A stretch of 41,899 bases of DNA from NCBI GenBank assembly GCA_964552515.1, contig CAZKIN010000005.1, positions 1 through 41,899 of the forward strand, written 5' to 3'. Under the pieces are notes generated by a model. That model made no database searches and had not been told where the DNA came from. It saw only the letters and a program-made list of their open reading frames with translations. Below, piece after piece: positions 31,336 through 40,435 of this stretch (the stretch's first letter is position 1; every line of letters begins with the position of its first letter). Position numbers and translations under genes: made by a program. This DNA is from an uncultured Phycisphaeraceae bacterium. Its GTDB lineage: Bacteria; Planctomycetota; Phycisphaerae; UBA1845.

Positions 31336-31821
31336 ATGGCGAAGACAACAGTAAGCCTCGACGTCGAGTGCGACCCAGACTGGGTCGCAGAGACGCGCCT
31401 GAACGCGTACAGCGACTTTGGTTGCGGAGTGGTCGATTACACGCGTCCGCTGCTGGGACGCGGCCTGCGGGCCTTCCCGGAGGCCTCCGCAGTGGCCGGG
31501 CTGGGCGATGGTCTGCTCGGCGAAGTGATCCTCGGCGGCACGCGGCCGCGAGCCGCTCGGGAAGCAGGACTCGGCGCCGGGCTGCTCGGTGAACTGGTCC
31601 TGGGCACCGGGCCGGAACTGGTGAGCATCAGCGTCGAAGTGCCGCCGGCGTTTGCGATGCACAAGTTTGCGGTCATCGCGTACGACGACGCGGGCGTGGA
31701 GCAAGGCGCACCACTGGTCAGTGACGTGTTCGTGTCGTCGACTGATCCGGAAACGCCCAGGGCGTTTGCCCTGGAGAGTTATGACGCGACGCTCGATCGA
31801 TTGACGTTTCTGGTTGCCTAG
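31336..31821 (+). CDS. Tail-associated hypothetical protein (161 aa)
   Basis: ATG 31336. The alternative ORF 31326..31592 is Arg-rich and shadow-like. Confidence 0.45.
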   Translation: MAKTTVSLDVECDPDWVAETRLNAYSDFGCGVVDYTRPLLGRGLRAFPEASAVAGLGDGLLGEVILGGTRPRAAREAGLGAGLLGELVLGTGPELVSISVEVPPAFAMHKFAVIAYDDAGVEQGAPLVSDVFVSSTDPETPRAFALESYDATLDRLTFLVA

Positions 31822-31823
31822 GG

Positions 31824-32048
31824 ATGGCACCACAGAGGAATGCGATGAACCGGCCACAGCACGGAAAATGGAAGTCGCGTCGGGTCAGGCACGAGTGGAA
31901 TCGGGCAAATGCGTTTTGGCGCAGGGCCAATTATGAGGGCGCTTCACCGGAAGAAATCAAAGCCTACCGCGAGGCAATCGCGCGATACTTTCTGGCCAAG
32001 CGGATCATCGTGAGCCTTCGTGCTCTTCGTGATCTTCGTGGTGAGTAG
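31824..32048 (+). CDS. Small basic protein (74 aa); 3' end encoded by an inverted repeat array
   Basis: The tail SLRALRDLRGE is encoded by CTTCGTG units. Coding status is uncertain. Confidence 0.3.
   Translation: MAPQRNAMNRPQHGKWKSRRVRHEWNRANAFWRRANYEGASPEEIKAYREAIARYFLAKRIIVSLRALRDLRGE
32015..32041. repeat. Inverted-orientation array (CCTTCGTG CTCTTCGTG ATCTTCGTGG, complement of CACGAAG units)
   Basis: Anchored to the TAG at 32046-32048. Opposite strand polarity to the other late-region arrays. Confidence 0.75.
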
Positions 32049-32065
32049 CAAGGAGACTTAAAGTT

Positions 32066-33643
32066 ATGTCGAATCCAGCAGTCGTATCATTCAGCAACGC
32101 GGTGGCCGCGACGAAGAGCGGCGTGCGCCATGCCATCGGCCTCTTGCAGGCGGTGGTCGGCGACAGCAATACCGCCGATCCGAACTGGCTGAGTAAATAC
32201 ATCACGGTGATGGAACGCACGTGGGACCTGCTCGCCATGCTCAGCGGCGGAGCGGTGGTGCAGTTCGCATCGACCGGACTGACCGTCGATGTGTACGCGG
32301 CCAATTATCAGATCGGGGCCACGCGCTACACCTATGCCGGAGGAACCCTGCTGCTCACGGGCAGCGCCACCAACTACGTCTACCTGGACGCCGATCAAAC
32401 GCCCAAGACGCACACGACGGCATTCCCCGCGGATGTGTTCCGCCTGGCGATTGTGACCACCGATGGCAGCAGCGTCACCGCGAACAAGGACGCGCGGAGC
32501 GAAAACTTCCGCATCGGCAGTGACAGCTGGTGGAACCTGCCGGCCGAGGATGACGTGGACCTCGACGGCTACCACGCGATCAACGTCGGCGGCATCGCCT
32601 TCGACGCGCCGACCACCCTGGCCATTGCCAGCGGCGTGATCACGCCGACGCAGGAAGTGCACACCATCGATACCGAGGCGCTGTCCGCGAGCGATGATCT
32701 GGTGACCATCACGCCCTTCGCGGAATGGCCGCGCCGCCTGATCCTGCGCAGCGCGAACGGCAGCCGGTCGATCACCATCCTCGGATCGGGAAACATCGTG
32801 CTGGCGCAGGACGGACAGAGCGTGCTGCTCTCCAACCCGGCCTATCACATTGAGCTTTTGCAATACAGCGCCACGCATTTCGTGACCATCGCGAAGCCGA
32901 TCGTGGGAATCACGCAACTGGTCACCGATGTGAACGCGGCAAACAAGGGCTTCACAGCGATGAAGGGCATCGCGTACACCGTGAACTCAGAGTCGATCGC
33001 CAGCGGCGTCGTCGACGGCGTCGGCTACCAGCACATCATGGTGGACACGGAGGGCGGCGCGAGCAGCGACGATCTGACCACTATGCAGGACGTGGGTGTC
33101 GGAGAGTTGCGGATCATCACCATTGCCGATGCGGGGCGGGTGGTGACGGTCAAGCATGGCACCGGCTCGGAACAGTTCCGCATGGCCCACGGCCGCGACT
33201 TCGTGATGAACAGCCTGGCCCACACGCTGGTGGTGCGCATGGCGGACGACGGCGTATTGTGCGAAGTGGCGCGCAGCCACTGGACCAACGCGTACCACGA
33301 GGACATTCCCATCTACATCGCAGGCACGCCGTCGGCGGCGGCGTACGGACTCAAGATCACACTGGGCAGTGACGCGGTGATCCGTTACGCGTCCGGACAA
33401 GTGGGCACAGCTCCGAGCGGCACAGCATTCATCTGCGACGTGCGGGTCAATGGGTCGAGCATCTTCGCCAGCCAGGCGGAGATGATCAACATCGCGGCCG
33501 GCGCAACCAGTGACACCAGTGCGGTGAAGAACCATGTGTGCGTGGCCGGCGACGTGATCGACATCGAACCGGAAGTCATCAGCGGCGCGGCGAACTTCAC
33601 GGCGACGCTGCACCTGGCGAGAAGTCCGCAAGCAACGCCGTAG
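32066..33643 (+). CDS. Tail fibre-like protein (525 aa)
   Basis: AAGGAG lies upstream. Ser/Thr/Gly/Ala-rich, beta-type composition, located in the tail module. Confidence 0.45.
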   Translation: MSNPAVVSFSNAVAATKSGVRHAIGLLQAVVGDSNTADPNWLSKYITVMERTWDLLAMLSGGAVVQFASTGLTVDVYAANYQIGATRYTYAGGTLLLTGSATNYVYLDADQTPKTHTTAFPADVFRLAIVTTDGSSVTANKDARSENFRIGSDSWWNLPAEDDVDLDGYHAINVGGIAFDAPTTLAIASGVITPTQEVHTIDTEALSASDDLVTITPFAEWPRRLILRSANGSRSITILGSGNIVLAQDGQSVLLSNPAYHIELLQYSATHFVTIAKPIVGITQLVTDVNAANKGFTAMKGIAYTVNSESIASGVVDGVGYQHIMVDTEGGASSDDLTTMQDVGVGELRIITIADAGRVVTVKHGTGSEQFRMAHGRDFVMNSLAHTLVVRMADDGVLCEVARSHWTNAYHEDIPIYIAGTPSAAAYGLKITLGSDAVIRYASGQVGTAPSGTAFICDVRVNGSSIFASQAEMINIAAGATSDTSAVKNHVCVAGDVIDIEPEVISGAANFTATLHLARSPQATP

Positions 33644-33733
33644 AGGAAGGCGAAAGGGCACAAGGCGTAAGGCGTAAGGGGAAAGGCACGGAAGGCACGA
33701 AGGCACGAAGAAGAAGGCAAGGAGGCCACTGAA
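33644..33733 (+). repeat. Longest composite array (90 nt): GGCGTAA x2, GGCACGRA x3, AAG runs
   Basis: Fills the entire spacer between the TAG at 33641 and the GTG at 33734. Confidence 0.85.
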
Positions 33734-36271
33734 GTGATAGACGTCAGAAAACTATTCGCGGTGCTGATGGGGATGCTGCTCTGCTCGCCCGCGCTGGGTC
33801 AGTCGGCCAATCCGATCCTGGTAGACCTGCGCACCGCGACGGCCAGTGGCACGGTCAACATGCCGTTCGCTCCGGTGCTCGATGCATCGTACACCAAGGC
33901 CGACGTCGCTTACCACCAGAGCGAATACTTTTCCACGGTGACCGGTGACGCCAATACGGCACTGTGTTCGGCAAGCTTCGCCTGGACGGTCAGCGGAGCG
34001 GGCACCGCCGAGTACTATGTGCGCACCGCTGCGCTGGGCGATCCGTCGCTGGCGAGCACGCTGACTCTATTCATGGAAGGGCAGCGGGCATTTGCCGGCG
34101 GCACACTGGGAAGCCTCAAGCCGGGACAATGCACCCACGGCGATAACGACACGCTGGGCTACAGCACCTGGTACTGCCGCACGTGGGAGCAGATCGATCC
34201 GGACGCATACGGAGACGACGCCGACATCACGGCGGTCACCGGCCAGGGCGCTTACACCTGGTATCACGGCACGACGTGCACCTATGACAACACCACGGGT
34301 GTCATTGATTGCCCCACCGGGGCGTTCGTGCACTACCCGTGGCTCTCCGGCGATCGCATTCTCATCAAGCACGCGAACATCAACAGCGGCACGAAGACTT
34401 GGACGCAGGTCAGCAGCATCACCGACGTGGATACGATCACCGTGGCGGCGGGCCTTTCGGCGGCGGGCAACCTGACCAGCGTGGAAGTGTTCTCGCACCA
34501 GCAGCCCGGCGATGACATGCGGTTCTATTGGGTGTTCACCGGTACGCAAGCGCCGGAACAAACCGACGATCGACCGCAGGCAGCCAGCACCACGATAGCC
34601 CACCTGACCTTCACTGCTCCGATGGCGGCTCCGATCTTCGTGAGCAGCGGCGGATACACGCTGACCGTCTATGACGACGTCAACGGGATCAATTCCTCCG
34701 CCTACACCACCACCGGCTCCTACACCAGCGGCGGCTGGAGCGGCGCACGGGAAATCTACATCGACGCAGCGGGCACGGACGTGGGCAGCTGTACCGGCGG
34801 TGTGGTGGCGGGATGTACTGTCGGTTCGCCTTGCCAGACGCTGCCCTGCGGGATGGCCCAGCTGCGCCTGACCGTTGGTCCGGCCATTTTGTATCTGAAG
34901 CGCGGCGACACCTATGTGCTGGCCGCCAACATGGCCACGGGCGGAAGCGACGTCGACGACAAGCTGATGACCACGCACGGGAGCGGCGCGGACCCGGTGA
35001 TTACCGCGACGGGCTTCACCCTGATCGGCGGCACCTGGGGCAACCTGCGCATGGAGGATATCACGGTTACAGGTGGCGGCGGCGTCAAGTCGTTTAATGG
35101 GCCGACCTGCAATAACTGTCTGTTCCAGCGCCTTTCGGTGACCGGAGGCGGTCAGCAGGTGGTGGACATGGACGGCATCGACTGGGTGTGGGCCGACTCC
35201 TACGTGCAGGGGAACTCCAGCAACCAATACGCTTTTTATTCGATGGGCGGCGACGCGGTGTCGGGACACAGTGTGCGGCGGCGGGCGATCATCAACAATG
35301 AATTCAACGGCAACAATAACTCGGACGCCATCGTACGCGTGCGGACCCATTCCCTGTTGTTCGCGGGCAACCGCAGCGTGGTGACGGCGGACAGCGGGTC
35401 CAACGTCTTTGCGTGCCTGCGCCTGGCCAATGATAACCACCCCAACAATTACGCGCACATCTTTAATAACTACCTGCATCGCGAGGCTGGAACTTCGACC
35501 ACGCCGGTCATCGATAGCATTTCGCAATCTGGTGGGTCGTTCGATCACTTCCGCGTCGAAGGCAACTGGCTGGGCACCTTCAGCGCGGCGAACGTGCGCA
35601 GTGCATGGGAACACAATTCAGCTTCCCCGATCATCGACAATGTGCGGCTGCGCAACAACGAGGTCTGGACCACGGTGCGCGGCTGGAAGGCGCATCGCGG
35701 CAAGACGTTCGTCTCCTGGAATAACACCGCGTACCTGCCGCGCACCGGAACCGTGGAATGGATCAACATCGACGCCAGCAACGGATACGAGCGGCTCTGG
35801 GCGGTCAATGACGTCGTCTCCGCTCCCAACATGACGGGCGGAAACGCGGTGATGAATCGCGGAGCGGATTCCAGCGGGGCACGGTGCATCGTGCACAAGT
35901 CCCATTTCAACCTGGCGGCGGTCAGCGCGGGGCAGTTCTTCCGGTGGCAGGGAGACGACGAAACGCCGGCTGAATACGAAACCGATCACGCCGGGTTGGA
36001 TATCCTCGGTGGGTCGGGCGGCAGTGCCATCGATCCGCTGCTCGCCAACATAGCGTTGAAGGACCTCCGCCCCTGCACGGGCAGCGGGGTTCCGGACGCG
36101 AGCTGCTCGGGTGCATCGCCACTGCTTGAAGCGGGTTCGGCAAGTTATCCCGGTCTGGATTACCGGCTGGTCACGCGCACGTCGAGTGACATCGGTGCGA
36201 TCAGCAATGACGCGGCGTCGGGTATTCACCCCGCCTTGCTGCATTACTACTTTTTGAATCAGAGGAGATAG
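33734..36271 (+). CDS. Right-handed beta-helix (PbH1-like) protein with Sec-type signal peptide; tailspike/depolymerase candidate
   Basis: N terminus KLFAVLMGMLLCSPALGQS. Repeated NNxxxxN/GG turns (NNCLFQRLSVTGGG, INNEFNGNNNSD, IFNNYLHRE, VEGNWLG, LRNNEVW). Confidence 0.6.
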   Translation: MIDVRKLFAVLMGMLLCSPALGQSANPILVDLRTATASGTVNMPFAPVLDASYTKADVAYHQSEYFSTVTGDANTALCSASFAWTVSGAGTAEYYVRTAALGDPSLASTLTLFMEGQRAFAGGTLGSLKPGQCTHGDNDTLGYSTWYCRTWEQIDPDAYGDDADITAVTGQGAYTWYHGTTCTYDNTTGVIDCPTGAFVHYPWLSGDRILIKHANINSGTKTWTQVSSITDVDTITVAAGLSAAGNLTSVEVFSHQQPGDDMRFYWVFTGTQAPEQTDDRPQAASTTIAHLTFTAPMAAPIFVSSGGYTLTVYDDVNGINSSAYTTTGSYTSGGWSGAREIYIDAAGTDVGSCTGGVVAGCTVGSPCQTLPCGMAQLRLTVGPAILYLKRGDTYVLAANMATGGSDVDDKLMTTHGSGADPVITATGFTLIGGTWGNLRMEDITVTGGGGVKSFNGPTCNNCLFQRLSVTGGGQQVVDMDGIDWVWADSYVQGNSSNQYAFYSMGGDAVSGHSVRRRAIINNEFNGNNNSDAIVRVRTHSLLFAGNRSVVTADSGSNVFACLRLANDNHPNNYAHIFNNYLHREAGTSTTPVIDSISQSGGSFDHFRVEGNWLGTFSAANVRSAWEHNSASPIIDNVRLRNNEVWTTVRGWKAHRGKTFVSWNNTAYLPRTGTVEWINIDASNGYERLWAVNDVVSAPNMTGGNAVMNRGADSSGARCIVHKSHFNLAAVSAGQFFRWQGDDETPAEYETDHAGLDILGGSGGSAIDPLLANIALKDLRPCTGSGVPDASCSGASPLLEAGSASYPGLDYRLVTRTSSDIGAISNDAASGIHPALLHYYFLNQRR

Positions 36272-36274
36272 GTC

Positions 36275-37231
36275 ATGATCGAATTGCGGCAATCCACCGC
36301 CGTCAGTGTGCCCGTGGGGCCGCTGGTCAACTCCACCACCGGAGCGCCGGAGACGGCACTGACCATCAGCCAGTCGGACGTGCGCCTCAAGAAAAATGGC
36401 GGCAACTGGGCGCAGAAAAACGAGAGCAGCAACTCCGCCCATGAAGAGGACGGCATGTATGAGTGCGCCCTCGACACCACCGACACCGACACGCTCGGGC
36501 AGCTGGAACTGAAGGTCGACGAATCGGGAACGCTGGTGCACACGCGGAGCTATGGCGTCATCAGCCAGGCACACTGGGACGCGAAGTACGCCAGCACGCC
36601 GCTGCCGGTGAACGCTACCCAGATCAGCGGCGACAGCACGGCGGCGGACAATGCGGAAGCCATGTTTGATGGCACCGGTTACGCCGGAGGCACCATCAAG
36701 CTGCTCACCGAAAGCGCTACCACCGACACGGTCAAGCTCGCCCTGATCATCCGCGAGAACACGGCCCAGGCGGGCGTGGCGGGATCGATCACGCTCGATG
36801 CCTCGGCGAGCAGCGTCACGGACTTCTATAAGAACCAACTGATCGTCATCACCAGCGGAACCGGCGTCGGCCAGGCACGCTTCGTTTCGGCGTACAACGG
36901 CACCACGAAGGTGGCCACCGTCGCTGAGAACTGGGCCACGACACCGGACGGAACCAGCGTGTTCAAAGTGTTAAGCATCCGCGCGGCGGACTCGACACTC
37001 TCGACCTCGGGCATCGCGGACGCGGTGTGGGATGAAGCGGTCAGCGGCCACAACAGTGCGGGCACCTTCGGCAAATCCCTGTCCGACATTCGGCAGCGCC
37101 ACGCGGGCAAGGTGCGGATGAATTCGCAGACGGGCGTACTGACCATCTATGAGACGGACGGCACCACGACGCGGTTCACACTGACCAAGGCAGCGGTGGA
37201 TGGCGTAACGTCGGACCTGACCCCGAGCTGA
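36275..37231 (+). CDS. Tail/fibre structural protein (318 aa)
   Basis: Starts 4 nt after the previous stop. Ser/Thr/Ala-rich. Confidence 0.45.
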   Translation: MIELRQSTAVSVPVGPLVNSTTGAPETALTISQSDVRLKKNGGNWAQKNESSNSAHEEDGMYECALDTTDTDTLGQLELKVDESGTLVHTRSYGVISQAHWDAKYASTPLPVNATQISGDSTAADNAEAMFDGTGYAGGTIKLLTESATTDTVKLALIIRENTAQAGVAGSITLDASASSVTDFYKNQLIVITSGTGVGQARFVSAYNGTTKVATVAENWATTPDGTSVFKVLSIRAADSTLSTSGIADAVWDEAVSGHNSAGTFGKSLSDIRQRHAGKVRMNSQTGVLTIYETDGTTTRFTLTKAAVDGVTSDLTPS

Positions 37232-37247
37232 TTTGCGGGACGCGTAA

Positions 37248-37721
37248 ATGCGGGATGTGACGGAACAATTGGTGCTGACCGGCGATCCGCTGGGCATGGG
37301 CATGGGCAGCCTGGATCATTTTGATCTGGACTACATGCTCACGCTCGGCCATTCGTTTCCGCATCACGATGGTGGGTACCTGCTGCAGCGCAGGGCACTC
37401 TATCCGACGCCTGGGGAATGGCGGTTCTGCGGTTTCACCAGGCGGGAAGAGACGCTGCTGCTGCCCGATCCGCCGGGCATTGGGATGTACTTTCCGTTTC
37501 CCGATCCGCGTCCGCTGATCAACAACGACATGAACCCGCACACCATCAGCCCGGACCTATGGCTGGTGGGCGATGCGCCGGACATTGGTTTTTGGTTTCC
37601 GTTTCCGGAGCCGGGACGCAGTGACGCCGCGTGGCAGTACCGCGCGTGCCAGGTGCTGGGCAATGGCTTCATCAGTGAGAACTTTACCGAGCCGGTCCGG
37701 GTGGACTTCGGCTGGGTGTGA
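37248..37721 (+). CDS. Hypothetical protein (157 aa) with internal PxIGxxFPFPxP duplication
   Basis: PPGIGMYFPFPDP and APDIGFWFPFPEP. Confidence 0.45.
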   Translation: MRDVTEQLVLTGDPLGMGMGSLDHFDLDYMLTLGHSFPHHDGGYLLQRRALYPTPGEWRFCGFTRREETLLLPDPPGIGMYFPFPDPRPLINNDMNPHTISPDLWLVGDAPDIGFWFPFPEPGRSDAAWQYRACQVLGNGFISENFTEPVRVDFGWV

Positions 37722-37739
37722 TGACAAGGAGCAAGTGCG

Positions 37740-38219
37740 ATGGCTGATTTTGTGTTCAATATTGCCAAGGGCCGCGTGGCCGAACTGTATAACCGCGTCG
37801 ACACCGACGATCCGGCCAACTCGGCGCTGGTCATCGTGCTGCTGGCCACATCGGGCCTGGAAGCGGACGCGACGCTCAAGGACCTCGACACGCTGTCGGC
37901 GCTGGTGGCGGGTGCGACGAACGAAGCGACCAACACCGGCTATGCGCGGAAGGTGCTGACCCAGGCGGACCTGGCGGCCTTCGCGGCGGATGACACCAAC
38001 GACCGCGTGGATCTGGACATTCCCGATCAGACGTGGACCGGGGTGGCCAACGACGGAACCGGGGCGATCAGCAAGCTGGTGGTGTGCTATGACAATGACA
38101 CCACGGGCGGCACGGATGCGAACATCATCCCGCTGGTGTGCCTGGACTTCGCGGTGACTCCGGACGGCAGCGACATCACGGCGCAGATTAACGCTGCGGG
38201 TTTTTTCCGGGCGAGCTAA
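37740..38219 (+). CDS. Hypothetical structural protein (159 aa)
   Basis: ATG start. Acidic, beta-rich style. Located in the tail module. Confidence 0.45.
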   Translation: MADFVFNIAKGRVAELYNRVDTDDPANSALVIVLLATSGLEADATLKDLDTLSALVAGATNEATNTGYARKVLTQADLAAFAADDTNDRVDLDIPDQTWTGVANDGTGAISKLVVCYDNDTTGGTDANIIPLVCLDFAVTPDGSDITAQINAAGFFRAS

Positions 38220-38231
38220 GGGAAGCCTTCC

Positions 38232-39908
38232 GTGGCCATTGCGTTTGATGCATCTTCGAACGGGACGCCCGGCACGGGGAACATGAGTTGGACTCATACC
38301 CCGGTCGGGACTCCGCGCGGCATCGCCGTGATGATTTGTCAGGACAGCGGAACCGGTGACGAGATCACGTCGGTCACCTATGGCGGCGTGGCGTGCACCC
38401 AGGCGACGGGTTCCCCGCTCGGCGGCGGTGCGGGCCTGGAAGACGGGCTTGTGGCCATCTGGATTCTGGGCAGCAGTGTGCCCACCGGCGCGCAGACCGT
38501 CGCGGTGAATGTCGATGGTACCGCCAGTGCCAAGGCGGCGGTGTGCATCAGCATGACCGCCAACTTTGACGTCCTCCAGGCGGACACGTGCAGTTATATG
38601 GACTCGGGGAATACCTCGTTCCCGACGTGTGGATCGCAGACCGTGCACATCCAACGCGGGGAATGCCTGGTGCTCGGCGTTCTGCACTCCGGCGAGGACG
38701 CGATCACCAGCGTGGCTGCCGACTCCGGCTACAGCGAAGTGGCGGAATACGACTTCGGCACACGCGTCGGATCGTGGATTCGCAAGACCACCAATTACCC
38801 GGCGGGAGGCGGATCAACGGGCAATCTCGCGGCGTGGACGCAGTCCAGCGACGACGCACTGGCCATCTGCATCATGCTGACCGAGTCGGCTTTCCTGCCG
38901 GTGCTGGGACAGGCCACCGAAACCGATGCCACCTTCGCGGCGGCGGTGAAGAAGGCCAAGGCGGTCGGGCAAGCCACGGAGAGCGACAGCGGTCTGGCAG
39001 CGGGCAAAGCAAAGGTCAAGGCGGTTGGGCAGACGGCAGAGAGTGATTCGGGGCTGGCAGCCACGGCGGTGAAGTCGGTGACGCTGGGCATCGCGACGGA
39101 GAGCGACAGCGGGCTGGCCGTAAGCAAGGCGAAGGCGCTGGCGGTTGGTCTGGCGACAGAAACTGATGCCGCACTGGCAACCGGAAAGGCGAAGGTCAAG
39201 GCGGTCGGGCTGGCCACGGAAAGTGACAGCGGACTGTCGGCGGGCAAGGCGAAGGTCAAAGCAGTTGGGCAGGCCAGCGAAACCGATGCTGGTCAGGCAC
39301 TCGGTAAAGCAAAGAGCAAGGCGGTCGGGCAAGCCACGGAGAGCGACAGTGGACTGCCCGCGACGCCGGTGCAAAGCGGCGGCGGGCAGGTCATTGCGCT
39401 GGGCATCGCGGTGGAGAGCGACAGCGGCCTGGCGGTCGGCAAAGCGAAAGTGAAGGCAGTCGGGCAGGCGGTGGAAACTGACCTGGCGATGGCACTCTAT
39501 TCGGGCGGGATTGTCCTCGGCCGGATGCTGACGCCGCCGCTGCCCATGTGGCCGGTGGGCATTGGCGCGGTGCCGCTGCCGGCAGGGAAGTTTCGCGTCA
39601 CGTGGGGCTACGACCCGCACGGCCAGGGCGCATGGCCCACGGACTTCCAGGTGTTTGAATCGCCGGTGTGGGATGTGCCTTTGGTGGACAGTGAAACCGG
39701 TTTGAACGTCGTGGCGTTCGACGTGCGGCGCAAGCAGTTCTCGTTCACGACGGCGGCTTATGCGGGCGGAAGTTCGCATGCCTTCGGAGTGCGGGCCCGC
39801 AACTCCGCGGGCGTGGCCGAGCGGAACCGCAATTACACCGCGACGGTGACGGCGAAGACGGTCGCGCCCAGCAGCGCGAAGATTCTCCAGACGCAGGCGG
39901 CAAGATAA
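38232..39908 (+). CDS. Fibre-like protein with ten 20-aa repeats and FN3-like C-terminal domain
   Basis: Repeat unit GKAKVKAVGQATESDSGLAA. C terminus FRVTWGYDP...AFGVRARNSAGV. Confidence 0.6.
   Translation: MAIAFDASSNGTPGTGNMSWTHTPVGTPRGIAVMICQDSGTGDEITSVTYGGVACTQATGSPLGGGAGLEDGLVAIWILGSSVPTGAQTVAVNVDGTASAKAAVCISMTANFDVLQADTCSYMDSGNTSFPTCGSQTVHIQRGECLVLGVLHSGEDAITSVAADSGYSEVAEYDFGTRVGSWIRKTTNYPAGGGSTGNLAAWTQSSDDALAICIMLTESAFLPVLGQATETDATFAAAVKKAKAVGQATESDSGLAAGKAKVKAVGQTAESDSGLAATAVKSVTLGIATESDSGLAVSKAKALAVGLATETDAALATGKAKVKAVGLATESDSGLSAGKAKVKAVGQASETDAGQALGKAKSKAVGQATESDSGLPATPVQSGGGQVIALGIAVESDSGLAVGKAKVKAVGQAVETDLAMALYSGGIVLGRMLTPPLPMWPVGIGAVPLPAGKFRVTWGYDPHGQGAWPTDFQVFESPVWDVPLVDSETGLNVVAFDVRRKQFSFTTAAYAGGSSHAFGVRARNSAGVAERNRNYTATVTAKTVAPSSAKILQTQAAR
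38901..39491 (+). repeat. About ten tandem 60-bp (20-codon) repeats, diverged at synonymous sites
   Basis: Exact 20-aa period from residue ~224 to ~420, with one 24-aa variant. Confidence 0.85.
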
Positions 39909-40435
39909 TGGGACTGGTCACACGCAATCTTGGGCAGCTTAAGGAGGACACGCGGCGCGTGGCTTCGGAGAGTCGTGCGATCACGCAACCGGTGCGGACG
40001 GACACGAGAGGCGGCGGGGCTGCCGGCGGCAACATCGCGGTGCGCATTGTCCAGGTGCTGCGCAACCACGTGGTGTGCAGCAGCAACCTGACCGCTCCGG
40101 TAGCCCCGGAGGTGGAAGACCCGGAAGCACAGGTGCTGGTGGCGAAAGCGCGGGCCGTGCGCCCGCCGAGTGGTGACACCGAAACGCGGCTTTCGCTGCC
40201 GTTCGTCTACACGCAATACACGGGTGATTGGCAAGCGCGGCGCAGCACGCAGGGTACGCCGTCGGCTCCGAGCAACATCACGGAGCTGCAGCGGGTGCTT
40301 TCACCGTATGTGGTGGGCAGGGAGCTGAAGGCCAAGAAAGAAAACGGCGGGACGGGAGTGACCGAGGCTCCGGACTGGATCGACGATGACGATGATGCGG
40401 ACCGCGTGTGGATGGAGGACATTTCAGCGTCATGA
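39908..40435 (+). CDS. Hypothetical protein (175 aa) with acidic tail
   Basis: TAATG overlap with the previous gene. DWIDDDDDAD near the C terminus. Confidence 0.45.
   Translation: MGLVTRNLGQLKEDTRRVASESRAITQPVRTDTRGGGAAGGNIAVRIVQVLRNHVVCSSNLTAPVAPEVEDPEAQVLVAKARAVRPPSGDTETRLSLPFVYTQYTGDWQARRSTQGTPSAPSNITELQRVLSPYVVGRELKAKKENGGTGVTEAPDWIDDDDDADRVWMEDISAS

Noticed and set aside
20940-33734. A general stop-codon readthrough or recoding signal, because several array-containing junctions join ORFs in the same frame (20940, 24865, 28782, 33641).
   Set aside because: About one third of junctions would be in frame by chance. The 33644-33733 spacer contains an in-frame TAA. Many genes here end normally in TGA or TAG. 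Only the Mu F case was kept as a low-priority finding.
13822-38687. Very long minus-strand ORFs across the late region (for example 13822..14985, 16917..18131, 21749..22726, 24424..25611, 27221..28198, 34067..35614, 35618..36838, 37557..38687).
   Set aside because: They are antisense to + strand genes with recognisable motifs (terminase, portal, Mu F, capsid). Their products are Arg/Ala/Gly/Pro-rich, the usual shadow ORFs of GC-rich DNA. They lack start context.
16715-39491. The tandem arrays or the 60-bp repeats as a CRISPR array.
   Set aside because: The units are 7-8 bp with no spacers, or are 60-bp in-frame coding repeats. No repeat-spacer architecture and no cas genes are present.
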